A DNA stretch of 53,979 bases, filler included, from Sphacelaria rigidula (lineage: Eukaryota), in the NCBI GenBank assembly GCA_964200075.2. It is 3 parts of 3 records of this genome, joined end to end, with 100 filler letters (N's around TTAATTAATTAA, not from the genome) between each part and the next. Parts side by side here need not be neighbours in the genome. Positions count along the whole stretch, not along the records: positions 18,034 to 35,964 come from CAXNAA020000962.1; positions 36,065 to 53,979 come from CAXNAA020000963.1; 1 more part is not named here. The stretch is one strand, 5' to 3'. Numbering within the stretch: the stretch's first letter is position 1; each line of letters starts with the position of its first letter. The position numbers and the translations under genes are program-made. Below, piece by piece: positions 24,329-36,837 of the stretch. A model generated the notes under the pieces. The model was not told where the DNA came from and made no database searches. It saw only the letters and a list, made by a program, of their open reading frames with translations.

Positions 24329-27300
24329 CCCCCCCCCTATCGTAGGACGACTCAGAAGTCGTACTAAACTACCGCAAAAAGTACCGCTGCTGTGCTCGCA
24401 CACACATCAGTTGCGTTCTGCTTTTGCCACTTGGTTTTTTGTGCCGGCTGACTTGGTACTATACTGTATGTGGTACATACGATATACACATGTGGATGTG
24501 TCAAGTAGCGTAGGGCTACAATGCGAAAAATCGGCGATTATTGAGCAGCGATCATGCTCCACAACCTCCATCGCGGTGAAATGTTTTTTACAGGTATCAC
24601 CCCGGCGATCGCATACCTCGTCGAGAGCAGATAAAGATATACGAGCGAGTACACGAAGCCGCGACCGCCAAAAAAGCCCAACTTGTCGGTGAGAATCATG
24701 GCAGGATTCATAACCTCCCCGCGATTTTTAGAGTGTTCCGTGTGTGGCAGGCTCTGAATTACCTCGGGCGTTCGTTCTAGTCGTGTGTTTACCACATGCA
24801 TTCCTACATACATATTGAATGTTGACGTTTGATATACTATAACGATAACCAGGGCGTCGCTGACGTATCAAAGACACGTCCTACCTATTGGCCGCGCGCT
24901 TGCTCCCTCATGCGGTTTTTCGGGTCACCGGTGTGGTGTTTGTTTTATACGTATACGTCTTATGGCTCTGCCCCTGCACAAAGCAATCGAAAAAATCATT
25001 ATTTCGGGTGATTGCTACATACTCAAGTATGCGCTCGTCTCTCTCGGACATCTTAGAGTAGAATCGTAGACCACGTATGTAACGATGGTATGATTCATTC
25101 TTCACGTCTCATCACTGTGAGATTATCAAATTTCATCGGACACTACACCATTCTCTTCGTGGCAGTAGACAAGACCCCTAGAAGGAGATGATTACCACAC
25201 GAGTCTGTTTGGGGACACACCACCGTTTTCACAGTGGTGTCGCCGGTACGACCGTCCACCACACGAATAAAAGGTCATGAATTTGACCCTGGCCTTGGTA
25301 ATCGCAAAAATAAAATACTCTCACGAAGGTCGAGCCGGGCGCAAAAATCATGGGAGGAGTATGATATCGTTGGAAAACCTTAGCAGATGAGATCGTTATG
25401 CGAGCTTGTCCCAGTGTCGTAGATGAACGTGTATATGGAGCACAAGTGAGACACTTTTTACGATAGCCCTCCCCCCCAAAAGTGCATGGTTTTGGGAGGC
25501 AAAATCTTNNNNNNNNNNTGGGAATTCCCACCGTTGGGCTCGTTCTCGCCAATGTTGCCAATATGAGGCGCTTCATGCAGCCTGAACCTAAACATCAGGC
25601 ACTGTATGGCCATTTTTTTCGTGAGACTTTCGGGCTGGTTTTGGGGGGGGGGGCTATCGTAAAAGGTGTCGTGAGCGTGAGTCGGGTGACATGGCCCCTA
25701 CACGCACACCTACAGAAAATGAGTAGATGTGGAGCTATAGGGAGTGAACCCTGCATTGGGTGCCACGCGACTGATGGGAGCTCAAGGAGACAAAACATTT
25801 GAACAAACACTACCGATTTTATGGACACATCTCAGGTTCGTCGATTTCATCGTGCTTCTTGTTTCAAATAACAAAGCCGCTCAAATCGAAACGCATTCCG
25901 CACAGCGTTGAAAAGTAACAAGGTGATGTAGAGGCGCACTGTAGATACCTCGGTTCTCGCGCTTTCATTGCCACTGATGGGAGTTGATGCGTCCCAACAA
26001 GCCGAGGCAAAGACTGAATGGTGTGTCTGTGGCTCTGCGAGGTTACGCGGCGTACCGGGACATGTACGTACCCTGGCGAACACTTGAGACTCTGATGACA
26101 GTCCCAAAATATCCGAATGTGCCAGTCCATGCTGAAAGGGAGTATGTTTCAACCATATGTTCTGGCAACTGACTCGCGAGACCTCTAGTGCGGATCTGGA
26201 CGCTTCCTTCCCCTAGCATCCCCATAGGTGTGGTTGTTATTCGCCAAAGTAGTGGTGTCTTTTCTTAACCAAACGCCAAGAAATGTGTGGTTCTATACTG
26301 ACGGTACGACCTGTCTCGGTAATGCGCTATGAAGTCCGCCATCGTGATAAGTTGGGCTCGAGGCCCGCCGCCGCGTTTTCAGCAGTAGGACATATGTAGA
26401 AGAGGGATCCATGGACCACAATTTCTTGTCTCCCCTCTCATCCCTGTGGACGGGAACCTGCAGCTTTTACCCTTCAGTTACCGAAAACATACAGTAACGC
26501 ACTTGACCCTCGCAGTATCTTAATCGACCATTGGTGTGTTTCTTCTGTATCTTTGCTACCGTAGTACGCTCTTTGCTTTCGGTTGTCGGATATTATTATG
26601 TGGCACAGCATCCTGGTGCAGTAAGCCGCAAGGAGGGGAATAGGTGGGTTTACGTAAACCCTTCGCCACAGACCCTACGGCTTCGCATAACGTCCACTGC
26701 TGCTGCAGCCGCAGAATATGTATACAGCAGTAGATACCTCCTGTCGAAGTTGCTCATAGGAAACTACTTACGTGAATCTCGCCCACGAGTTATCTATTAT
26801 TCTAGTCAAAGGTAAGTGAGCGATCGAAGCGTTGCATACCCATCAGTCCATGACTCTACGGTCGATACGTTGCGGTACAGAAAGTACTGCTTGCGCTGAG
26901 CGGTGCCAATCACGGAAAACGGTTTGTGCGAGCGAAAAAGACGTCATCGTGCGAGGTTGCCCACGTGCACGTTTTTCCGTGAAACAGGGGAAACGAGCAT
27001 CAATCTCAATCGTGTGCTCATATAAATGGACTAGAACGTTGCCCGGCACTGCTAGCGCACAGCACGCGAGATGCATCTACTGCGTGTAGCTTGGAAACCG
27101 ATTTGCGATCATGATGTTCGCCGTTTGTGTCTCTCGATCTGAAGCTTCTCACATGCGCTGTTTCCCCCACCCCCGTGGTTGGAAAGGCACATGTTTTGTC
27201 GCGGCACATAGTACAGGGCGATACAGTGCAGAACAGACAGCAGCAGTAGTGTTGCAGGTTCGACGTGACACATTCAGTTATGATTGTACAACTGTACCGT

Positions 27301-27984
27301 ACGGTACAAAGTACATCGATATCGCACGCTCTCGCAACGCGTCGCGCAACCCAAAACGGAGTTCACCGCCTCCTCTCTTGCTTACAAAATTTTCCCCCAC
27401 ACGCTGCAAAGTTACCAATGGTGAGCAATGGCCTCAATAGGCACGTCGCTAATAAGGGTTGACGAGCTTGCAGCATCAAATACAAACAAGATATTGTCGA
27501 CCGTCCGATCGTTCGTGCTGCCGTCACACACATATACGCACCTTCGTACTCCTATCCCGATGGGATTGACGACGGTTGGCAACGACGACGTAAAATCCGC
27601 CACTCACTGTGTGAGTTAGGCAACCAGGGTACCGTTTATTTTTTGCCCTTGCGTTTTTTGCGGTAACCATGATTGTGGTCGAGCTAGATCATATTGTGCG
27701 GGGTAGGACAACCTCAATTCCGCGCAAAGGGGATGATAATACTACGTAGTGTGTCAATGGTGAGGCGCCCATGAGGTAGTGTGTAACTCACAGTCGTCTC
27801 TGGAAGTGGTGATACCAGAAAATGAGGCAACTCATTTGGAGGCTGTCATACGTATGCAAAATAATCATTACGCTTCGGGCCGAACGATCTTGGCAGGATG
27901 CAGCTCACCCTGCATGTGACTCGCCGAATACATCACGGCGCTTTGCGCTTGGTGATTTATTGCGGGCCTGGTCCGGCGAAAACC

Positions 27985-28064
27985 CGGCGTGCTCCGTCTC
28001 GGCTTCGTAGGGGGATGCAAGGTCAATGGTCATATGACTACGACATGCAAAATCATGAATACAT
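27985..28064 (+). mobile_element. Diverged LINE 3'-end fragment followed by C6
   Basis: gtgctccgtctcg…ggtcaatggtcatatgacta…tgaataca parallels 13622-13688. Confidence 0.7.
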
Positions 28065-30216
28065 CCCCCCAAGCGCAACGCAAAACCCAGGGAGCTCGCC
28101 CCCCCGGAGCTCCTGACTTCCTCGTCACGGATTGAAAGGTTACACTACTCAATTGTTATGACAGTTGATACCCTCCGAAGAGGTGAGTGTATGGGAGTAA
28201 AAACAGGGTGCTTACCCCTTGTCCACGTGGCATGTACAAATGTACATGTTTGCCTCTCGTCACACCGTGATGTCTGAGGAAACTATCCAAGTAATTTATG
28301 CGCGGTACGTACACGGCACATGCGCGACACTTTCTTACACCCATCAGGCATAGATGAGTCCACGATCATGGCGCTTCGAGATCTGATTGATCAAAATGTT
28401 TTCATGCCGTCGAACAAAGCCAACGTCTATTCATACGTCCTCACGTACACACAAGAATTTTCTCAAGCGATTCCCAACACCCTGACACCCGGTGTCTAGA
28501 TCCAGGTAACTTCAGTGCACCTCCGTGCCACTCTAGTGCGAAGACTGACGACATACAGTAGAGGTTGCAGCCCGTGTGCACGAAGATTTGGCATTGGAAA
28601 CGAGAACGAAATGGAACATTCTCACCGCCTGCCGACGGAGAGGGTGACAACTGTCGCCAAAACAGCTAGTAGGTTCACAAGGGAGGGGTGATATGGAGAA
28701 AGCTACACCTACTGAAATACAGGACAACTCCTACAAGAGGCTGTAGCAAACAAAATGCCTTACTCACAATATATAACGTTTTGGGGCATTCGCAATCTCT
28801 GCAAGAATGAATGTGAGATGTTTGACCAACACTAGAGCCTTCTCTCGAAAAATGGTATTTTGTGTTCGCAGCGTTCGTGTCACATTTCGTTTGCAGTAAT
28901 CAGTAAACCCCCAGTACAAGCGACGAATCTCCCACATGAGCAGAATGTCTCCCACACGAGCATTTTCTGGTTCTATGGCGTGGCCTCTCCCGATATGTTG
29001 ATCGACTGCGAAAGATAAAACGCCACGTTTTTGTTCTTGTTTTCTTGTTTTCAGCACAATCAGGCACTGTTTTCGGTACGTTGACCGCCACTATGCCACC
29101 GAGCACAGCACATGGCCGCTGCGCGTCGAACCACGTCCAGCGGGGGTTCGACGGTCTGACACGTCGTATCCCAAGCCAATAGTTCATAGCTTGTACGTTG
29201 GAGATGTTTTTAGTCTGTCGGTCGACGCATTTATGGGGCCCATATCTATTCCTTTTTCACACTTGAGTAAAAACAAATACGCACGGGCCGAACTGTGGAG
29301 CAGTGGTATCCCTCACGTCGCCTTCGGTCAGATCTCCCTCTCATGACCACGCCCCGTGCACGTAGCGGGTTTAGTCAAGGGATCCCCTCATAGCGGCCGT
29401 TGGAGTGCAATTGTAGTATGTTGATGAGACGCTCGAGGGCTTTGTTTACCCGTTCCCCCCTGTGTTTCGCACCTCTCCGCGCTTGTGCCTGCCAGTTTCC
29501 CTGGGTATCGACGTGCTGCTGTTCGAATAACCCAACATTGGCAAGATGTTTCCTTCTCGCACGCGGTGCAAGCTGCCGATGTGACGGTATACAATTGTTG
29601 GATACCTTTCGTGTGCGTCAAGTTGTGCTTGCGTCTGTAGAAGGCGGGAAGAATGCGTTTCACGAGACACCACCCCCTCAGCCTTTAAACCCGTTGTCCA
29701 AGCTCACACTCAGCATCAGCAGCACTCCCATCGCCTCCGCGGCCAATACGCCATGCTACAAGCAGCCGGGCGATTTCCAGAGCAATACTGTGTCACTGAG
29801 CACACCTAAAATACTGAAACCATTTCCGCGGTCGGACACTCTGTGCCGACCAACTCCTTGCTCAACGCGCGTGTACAAAGTTCAATCAAATTGGTGTTTT
29901 CAACGAGCCATCTCCCCGCCTGCCCACCCCATTGTGATCACAACGGCAGATGTTGCCGTTGAGATATAACGGCGTAGAGAATTCAGTTGTGTACCGGTCG
30001 CTTGCGCTCATACTAAGTGGGACAGATTTTCTCCCCAGGTATTGAAAAAAATACACGGCCCTTTCTCCACCGCTGCTACGCTGAGGAAACTCAACCCCCT
30101 GACAACAGAAAGCGCGGGCGTGCTTCTGAAACTCTCTACTATTGTGGTGTGTGAAAACTCTCTATGATTTCATCTTTTCGTGTATTTTACCGCCCAATTG
30201 GTGCTCACCACCGCAG

Positions 30217-30353
30217 CTGGAGGTCGTTACGACGACGTGGTGCGGTTACAAGAGAGCCTCTGCGATGTAAAGCGCCAATTTCAAGAGCTGCAACTGAAGG
30301 AGGTCGAGAAGGATCAGATCCGACAATCATCGCTGTATCGAGCCGCGCAGAAG
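30217..30353 (+). CDS. Coiled-coil protein, internal exon (GGRYDDVVRLQESL…YRAAQK)
   Basis: ccgcag| acceptor, AAG|gtacgt donor, phase 1 to 0, in frame with the next exon. Confidence 0.85.
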
Positions 30354-30611
30354 GTACGTGTGTGTGTATGTGTGTGTTTGAGACGAAAATACAGACAAAA
30401 AGGGTCTTGCGTTTTCCAATCAGACGATCTTAAGCATTTAAAGCCAAGAAGAGGTTCCAAATGTTATTTCGCTGAGCAGTAGTGTAACCATTTGCCGGTG
30501 ACTTCATGTAGCGGGTACGATAAAACGTTCATGGGACTCGAGTTTGATGCACGAGAAATGAGTGCTTTAACAGCGGAGAAAACATCTACTAGTGTATCGT
30601 GCTTCGCTGCC

Positions 30612-30682
30612 AGCAGTGCTCCGTCTTGAAAGGGATGCGCGGACAATGGACAAAAGACTAAGGCAAGCAAGAAATGAGCACG
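30612..30682 (+). mobile_element. LINE 3'-terminal fragment
   Basis: gtgctccgtcttgaaaggg…gactaaggcaagcaagaaatgagcacg matches 13622-13688. Confidence 0.8.
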
Positions 30683-31972
30683 ATTTCAGTCATATTCGTG
30701 TACTTCCCACATTTCCCCCTTTAGACGTCCCGTTCCTCCTTGTACCGTTCACATTCTGCCACCGTATGGGTTCTACTCTTTATTACTTTGCCACAGGATC
30801 AGTTCTGCGCATGTTTTTCCTCCTCCGCTCGGCTCGTGGTGTGCCCCCTCCTTTCTCTTTCTGGCAGGTTTGCACCCCCTACCGGAAATCGCACTTCCAT
30901 TTTATTCGCGTAATCCAATTGGCCGTGCAGACATGTTTCCACCTTATCCCCTCTGTCAACTCCCTGACTATTTCCAAATGCTCTCCCTCGTTCCACTTTC
31001 CCCTTAGCGCTATTTTCTCTCTTTTATATATATATTTTCGTTTGTTTCTGTCTTGTACCTTCCACATTCCCCTCTCGACATTGTCTCGTCTTGGTTTCCT
31101 CCTATATCCTTCCATGCTTTCTTGACTACCCTACCCCATCTTATTCCAACCTGCCCTTTCGTCGTTTTTTTCGTTACATCCCTATCAGCAATGGCTGGCA
31201 ATCTCTTCCTTGGCATGTTCCTTACGTTATATTGCCACTTCAATTACATGACATCTATTTGTTCCAAGTGAATATATTCCTAATTATGCTCTCTATATGG
31301 TGCTACTCGTCGTTTTTGAGCGTCGCAGTATTCCTTAACTGTTGTCATCTGTACTGTTTCCAGCTTCTTCACCATCTTCGCGTTACCTTCTCATGCTTCT
31401 CCAGCATATTCTAGCTTCGGTACAACCACATTCAACAGAATACATCTCTTGATCCTGGTATCGAGGTTCGAGTCTCCTAGGGTCACGTTCATCTTACCTA
31501 TATGTGCCTTAAGCTCTCCTGTTACTTTACTTATGTGTGCATCCCAAGAAGCACCATTTGAGATATCTACGCCAACGTATGTATACTGATCTACGATCGG
31601 CAATTCCTCTTCTCCCCACTTCCATTTGAACCCTATTCCGCTTCTCCTTATCTTCGTTACATTCACCTATCGCGCATTTTGTTTAGGTTTGCTGCCACTC
31701 TCCATTTCCTAGTGTATTCTAACGCCTCCCCCACTTGTTTTTGCAACCCTTCTGGTGTTTCTGGTACCCCGACGAGATCATCAGCGAACATCAATCCCGA
31801 TACCGTATCTTCCGCAGCCATGACCCCCTGCTTTGCCGCCTCTATTGTTATTGTGATGTCATTATCACACACCTTGAATAGAGTGGGTGATGACGATATT
31901 ATTGTGTGCAACTCCTTGGGAAACAACGATATATTTTGATATTTCTATCATACTACTTCTCGCACAATCTGA
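30683..31972 (-). mobile_element. LINE fragment (RT C-terminal half), intronic and antisense
   Basis: SGLMFADD, LDTRIKRCILLNVVVPKLEYAGE. Colinear with ~12150-13447. Confidence 0.9.
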
Positions 31973-31986
31973 CCGGGGAGGGACAG

Positions 31987-32183
31987 AAATATCTAACAAA
32001 TAGAGCCAACGAGATGCATTCGGCGGAGCGGCGGGTGGAACAGGTGTGCGCCATACGGGAGGCTGACCTCGAGCAACTGCACCAAGCGCAGCACGAAACA
32101 CTGGAGTTGGAGCTGAGTTGGCTGCCCGAGCCGCGCATGAAATATACCAACCGCTGCCTGGAATTGAAGAAAGCACAGGCCGG
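31987..32183 (+). CDS. Coiled-coil protein, internal exon (KYLTNRANEM…PEPRMKYTNRCLELKKAQAG)
   Basis: ggacag| acceptor, GG|gtaagt donor, phase 0 to 2. Confidence 0.85.
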
Positions 32184-33504
32184 GTAAGTGCTGTAGGTAG
32201 GCATAGTTGTCCTGGAGTTTTGGGGCGCGAGTCGACTATCGGCCATACATTTGGTCCCAGTCACACGGCGTGTTTCAGGGAAACGTAACGCAATTAGGGG
32301 ACACCGTTGGCAATAGCGGCATGGGGACAGTTTAATCAGGGCACATAGATTTATGGGGGGAAACGCCCAACGGCTCACGACGCATCGTCAATTTTCTGCT
32401 ACACGAATCGAGCGCCGAGCCCATCTACTGACGATGTCTATTAACTGAGTAACTCCTCCACTCTTTGCTTCATATACGCCGTACCAAGGATTTCGGTACA
32501 TGACCGACCTGGGGCACGCTTGGTTCAAGTAAGGCACAGTGTGGAAGACACATTTTGTGCGTGCATGTTAGAGGGTTGATGCCACAGAATGCATCAAAGA
32601 TCAGGAGCACCCTACTTCATGACGAAGCCCGTTCCGAAATTGACTCGGGAAGGCCGGTCGATCAGGGTTTGGTACACTGAGTAATTTGTTGGATCCCGTG
32701 TGACCCTAGACAACAGCATGCGATCTCAGCAAGGAGCATGGTGTCTCGAGATAGGACTCGCATCCTGATAGAACCAGAGTATGAGCAATGTCTGTTCCAG
32801 ATAACACTTAGGAAGTAAGCCTCGCCAGGAGTACCTTCGACGCCGGCTCAACTACAGCACCTTGTTCGGCAGTACGTAGTAACACCGTATGATGCACACT
32901 ATCGCCAAGCTTTTACGTTGTTGTCCCCAGTGAGATCCCAACTCACGCTTACAAAGCAAACATACTCAGCAATATGAAGATAGTCGCTTGTGTGTATTCT
33001 AGGCTGTCACCTCGTATTGTCGAAGAAGGTGCGGCAGCTGTGCCCATGTCAAAGGTTATCCTCCCCGCGAGGGTCACCTTCTGCGTGCTGTTTGTACGAG
33101 GGGTCAGCGTGACTTTAATTGCGCTATTATGCGCATCGGGGTCTTAGGAACAATAGCGGGGCGTTGGTGCTACCAGTTTTTCAGATGACGTATCGCAAGA
33201 GGTGTCGTCTTGACCGCACACTCATTCATTCCTGGCTGCTTGTACTGCGCAAGCCCACCACGTGTCAGCGTATTCATGTACTGAGCACACCCACGTCGAA
33301 GGTACAGGCCTCCTTTTGTTCGCTTTCACGTTTTCCTGATCCCTCCGCCCACACGAGTGCTGAATTTATTTTCAAGGTCCCACACGAAGAACACGGAACG
33401 TCTGTCCTTTCCCCCCCTCCTCCTCTCCCCGCCTCCTGCCGTCTATGTCTCCCGATATATTTCTGTGCCGTTTCGAACGCCTGGTCCGTTCAAATGATCG
33501 ACAG

Positions 33505-33610
33505 CCTCGTGCGACTCGAGCAATACCGTGACGCCCACACAGTGCACAAGACCCTGTCCAAGCTTATCCCGAAGGAAGAGCGGGCATGTCTAGAGGCGTA
33601 CAACGCGCAG
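33505..33610 (+). CDS. Coiled-coil protein, internal exon (LVRLEQYRDAHTVHKTLSKLIPKEERACLEAYNAQ)
   Basis: cgacag| acceptor, CAG|gtccgt donor, phase 2 to 0. Confidence 0.85.
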
Positions 33611-34666
33611 GTCCGTTGGAACTTTTCGCGTGATGGGGAGGGGGGTGGAGGAGGGGGGGGGGGGGGTGAAGGGGTATGAAGAAAGACAGCAAGCACAGAG
33701 AGTATGTGTTTTCCAACATATTATCTGTCATCTGGACGTCTCTTAAGCGGCGCCGACACTCTTGGGAAGTGTTCTGTTGCCTGTGGCTCGTCATTCTCCG
33801 TCCGGTGATACGATCACCCCAGGGTTCCCGGTATATGACCAGTCAGGGCGGCTTGCTCTGTGTTTATGATTCTCTCAATATATATATAATTGTATATTTT
33901 CTTCCTCTGTCCCATAAGTTAGGGTAGTTAAGTTTGAACGAACATAACTGTGTACATTTTTTTTTCGTTTTCTAATATGATTTCCTTGTTTTTTTCAGTT
34001 AGAAGCAACCTTTTATTTTCAACAGATGTCGCTTACCCTCCGCGGCCGAACGGCCGAGCACAGATCAATTGGCCCGAAGATGGCCTTATTTCTCCCCCTT
34101 TCCGTTGGCAAAAAACATAAAAACATGGAAAAAATGGGACAAAACCGTTGAAGACTTTCGTTTTAGTCTACCTCTCGTGCAGAGGCTAGCTACTCCTCCG
34201 AAACCAATCCGTTGTGTTTTCACTCATGTCCAGCATGAAATTGGTATGAATCGGTCGAATTTGGCAAAATCGGGGTCTGAACTGGCCAAAATAAGGTCAG
34301 TTTTGACCTGAATTTTGAACAAAAAATATACGATATCGGACTTCCCCTACGTTCTATCTCGCCAACCCCACCAGCTTGAGCGTCGTACACATGTACCGTT
34401 GGGGTGAGCGCCCCCTTTACGCCCAAACACTGTAACTTTTGGGAAAGAGGAAGTGTACACATATCGCGAGGAGCACAGTTCTTGTTTCGTCTGCTCTACA
34501 CTAGTGTCACATCTCTGAATATATACTGTCCCCAAACCTGGATGAAGTTAACCAACGGCTAGAGTTCGAGCAGTCCTCCTTTCACAGAGCAGACCACAAG
34601 CGCTGGAGTAGTCTAGGACTACTTGAATGACCACATACCCCTCGGGAAACGGGACCTACGCATCAT

Positions 34667-34797
34667 ACCCTGGACAAAAGAATACACAGTTAAAAAGTGT
34701 ACTGAGTACAGTATCGACTATTGCGCGTATTGCAATAGACAATGGATTCCATACTTTACGCAGTACACTTTTTGACAATAAAATCTATTGTCCAGGG
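34667..34797. mobile_element. ~130-bp MITE with CCCTGGACAA termini
   Basis: ccctggacaaaag … ctattgtccaggg. Degenerate second copy at ~39046-39175. Confidence 0.7.
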
Positions 34798-35207
34798 TGT
34801 GCTACGTATATAGGCAGGAAAGCATCCACGGTACACCCTTGGTGAGCGAGAGTTTCAATACAATCGCGAACACAAATACAACCCTGCTCGTAGGACAGGT
34901 GCCGACGGGCAATATATTATGTCTCTTGTGTGGCTTCAGACGATGAGAGAAGGCTGTTCATTTGATTTCTCGCGTGATATCGCAGTGGTCTCGCGTTGAC
35001 TCGGTGATACTTGACGTCTATTCAGGGCACACGGAGTGAAGTATGACATACATATGCACTGATGTTTTGAAGGCCTTCTGCGGTGCATATACACGTGCTT
35101 TCTGAAAGAGCACTGCTGCTAATTCTGTTCGTCGCTTCCCTTCGTTTTTTCTTTTCATTTTCTTCCGCGTTTTAACAATCCGCTTGTCGTGTGTGTGACT
35201 TCTGCAG

Positions 35208-35326
35208 CAAGCATTAAAGAGACGGATGCTTCACAAGCGACAGATGCAGGACAAGGAGAAGCTGTACGAGACTCTCACCGACTACCGACTACGAGAGCGA
35301 GGAGAACGCGGCAAGATCATAGAAAA
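35208..35326 (+). CDS. Coiled-coil protein, internal exon (QALKRRMLHKRQMQDKEKLYETLTDYRLRERGERGKIIE)
   Basis: tctgcag| acceptor, AA|gtgatg donor, phase 0 to 2. This frame is not in the ORF track. Confidence 0.78.
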
Positions 35327-35626
35327 GTGATGAAGTCTCTCCATAGCTGCTCTCCAAATCACCTTGTACATGGTTCAGCAATATTTACTACAGTATTAAT
35401 ATAGGGAGAAATAACGATGTTATCCACAACATCGAAGCGATGGGTACTTGATGACCCCATCGAATCCTGTCTAGAAGTCCAAAACATGGGCAAATCACAA
35501 GTGGAGGATCATACTTCGATGTGTACTTCTGAAGTTTCTTTTCAAGTCAGGGAGACGTCAGTTCAATCCGGTCGATGTCATCACCAATCATGTGGTCGTT
35601 TTGTGTTGACGAAAATGCAAATACAG

Positions 35627-35798
35627 CCTGAGGAGTAGGCTGGAGCACAGCGAGCGTAGTATGGGCCACGCTCACGCCATGGCTCTAAAACGGCGGCCGG
35701 AGCTGTGTCAAAACCCGTCCGCCCATTGGCAACGGCGATCTCACTACAACGCTACTGCTGCATCGCTCCGCGGGGAGCAGCTTTCTAAGGCCGTCAAG
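35627..35798 (+). CDS. Coiled-coil protein, internal exon (LRSRLEHSERSMGHAHAMALKRRPEL…SLRGEQLSKAVK); gene runs off the scaffold
   Basis: atacag| acceptor, AAG|gtacat donor, phase 2 to 0. Confidence 0.82.
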
Positions 35799-35964
35799 GT
35801 ACATGTTGTACGTTACTTTCTGTGTCCTAAGAGTAAAGTGTATCGTATAGTGTTCGAGGTACACTTTTATATTCCGTCATGCATATTTCGGGGGGGGGGG
35901 GGGGGGGGCGTGTATTTTTTTTTCTCCTGAGGTCATAAGGCACACGCCGCCAAATCAAACGAAG

Positions 35965-36064
35965 NNNNNNNNNNNNNNNNNNNNNNNNNNNNNNNNNNNN
36001 NNNNNNNNTTAATTAATTAANNNNNNNNNNNNNNNNNNNNNNNNNNNNNNNNNNNNNNNNNNNN
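35965..36064. other. Artificial scaffold linker
   Basis: 44 N + TTAATTAATTAA + 44 N. Confidence 0.97.
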
Positions 36065-36133
36065 GGCTGATGCGCCCACATATCCCGAAAGGGGTAGACT
36101 GGCGTCCAGAATAAATGGGACGACAACACACAC
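36065..36133 (+). mobile_element. SINE 3' end with (CA)n
   Basis: Same sequence as 1-65. Confidence 0.8.
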
Positions 36134-36494
36134 ATAGAGTACGGCATGAGTCCGCGTGAGGATTTACGACACTCGGAGCTCAACTGGTGCTTCACGGACA
36201 GCAAATGATAAATCACACGCCTTTCACTCTCTGGTGTCTGTGTCTCTGTGTACTGTTGGGGGGTAGGCGGGCGGCGTGTCTCCAATCGGATCTCAATTCT
36301 CGTGCTGTTTCTCGGTAGCAGGAACCAACGAATCAATCGAAAAGTAAACAAACGTGGCCAGGTGACGACTCTCTCAAACGGATCGGGGATCCTGATGACG
36401 CCTACGCCGCCATGAACTAACTTCCCGTCACCCTTTTCACGAAACACACACAAACAAAACAAATCGAACCGAAGCATACGGCCAACCCTCTCAC

Positions 36495-36584
36495 CTTGTA
36501 AACATGCGCGAAGCCACCCTCCGACAGCAACCGCTTTACGCGAACCTTCCTCCCCCCGACCTCCACCACAGGCATGTTCCCCAT
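36495..36584 (-). CDS. First exon of a NAK-family (AAK1/GAK/STK16-like) Ser/Thr kinase
   Basis: gccATGG start. Translation MGNMPVVEVGGRKVRVKRLLSEGGFAHVYK contains the NAK-type Gly-rich loop (EGGFAxVY). Donor AAG|gtgaga. Rest of the gene lies beyond the scaffold end. Confidence 0.85.
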
Positions 36585-36835
36585 GGCGAATGATCACGGC
36601 ACGAAGAGCGAGAAAAAAGGGACGATGGAAAATTGCGACGCAATGCGACGCAATTTTAACGGAAGCGGTAGCAGCAGTAGTCCAACACTACCCTTCCGCT
36701 ACCTCCCCCCCCCCCCGCCCTCGCCTGGCACACCCTCCGTCGTGACGTTCTTGTAGATCCCTTTACGGTAGTTATGCCCAATCTTGCAGCGGACGGACAA
36801 AGCTACAAACACACGACACCAGCCAGCAGCCCTAG

Positions 36836-36837
<2 letters not shown>

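Noticed and set aside
29400-29969. 189-aa ORF
   Set aside because: No recognisable motif or phase-compatible splice sites linking it to the coiled-coil gene.
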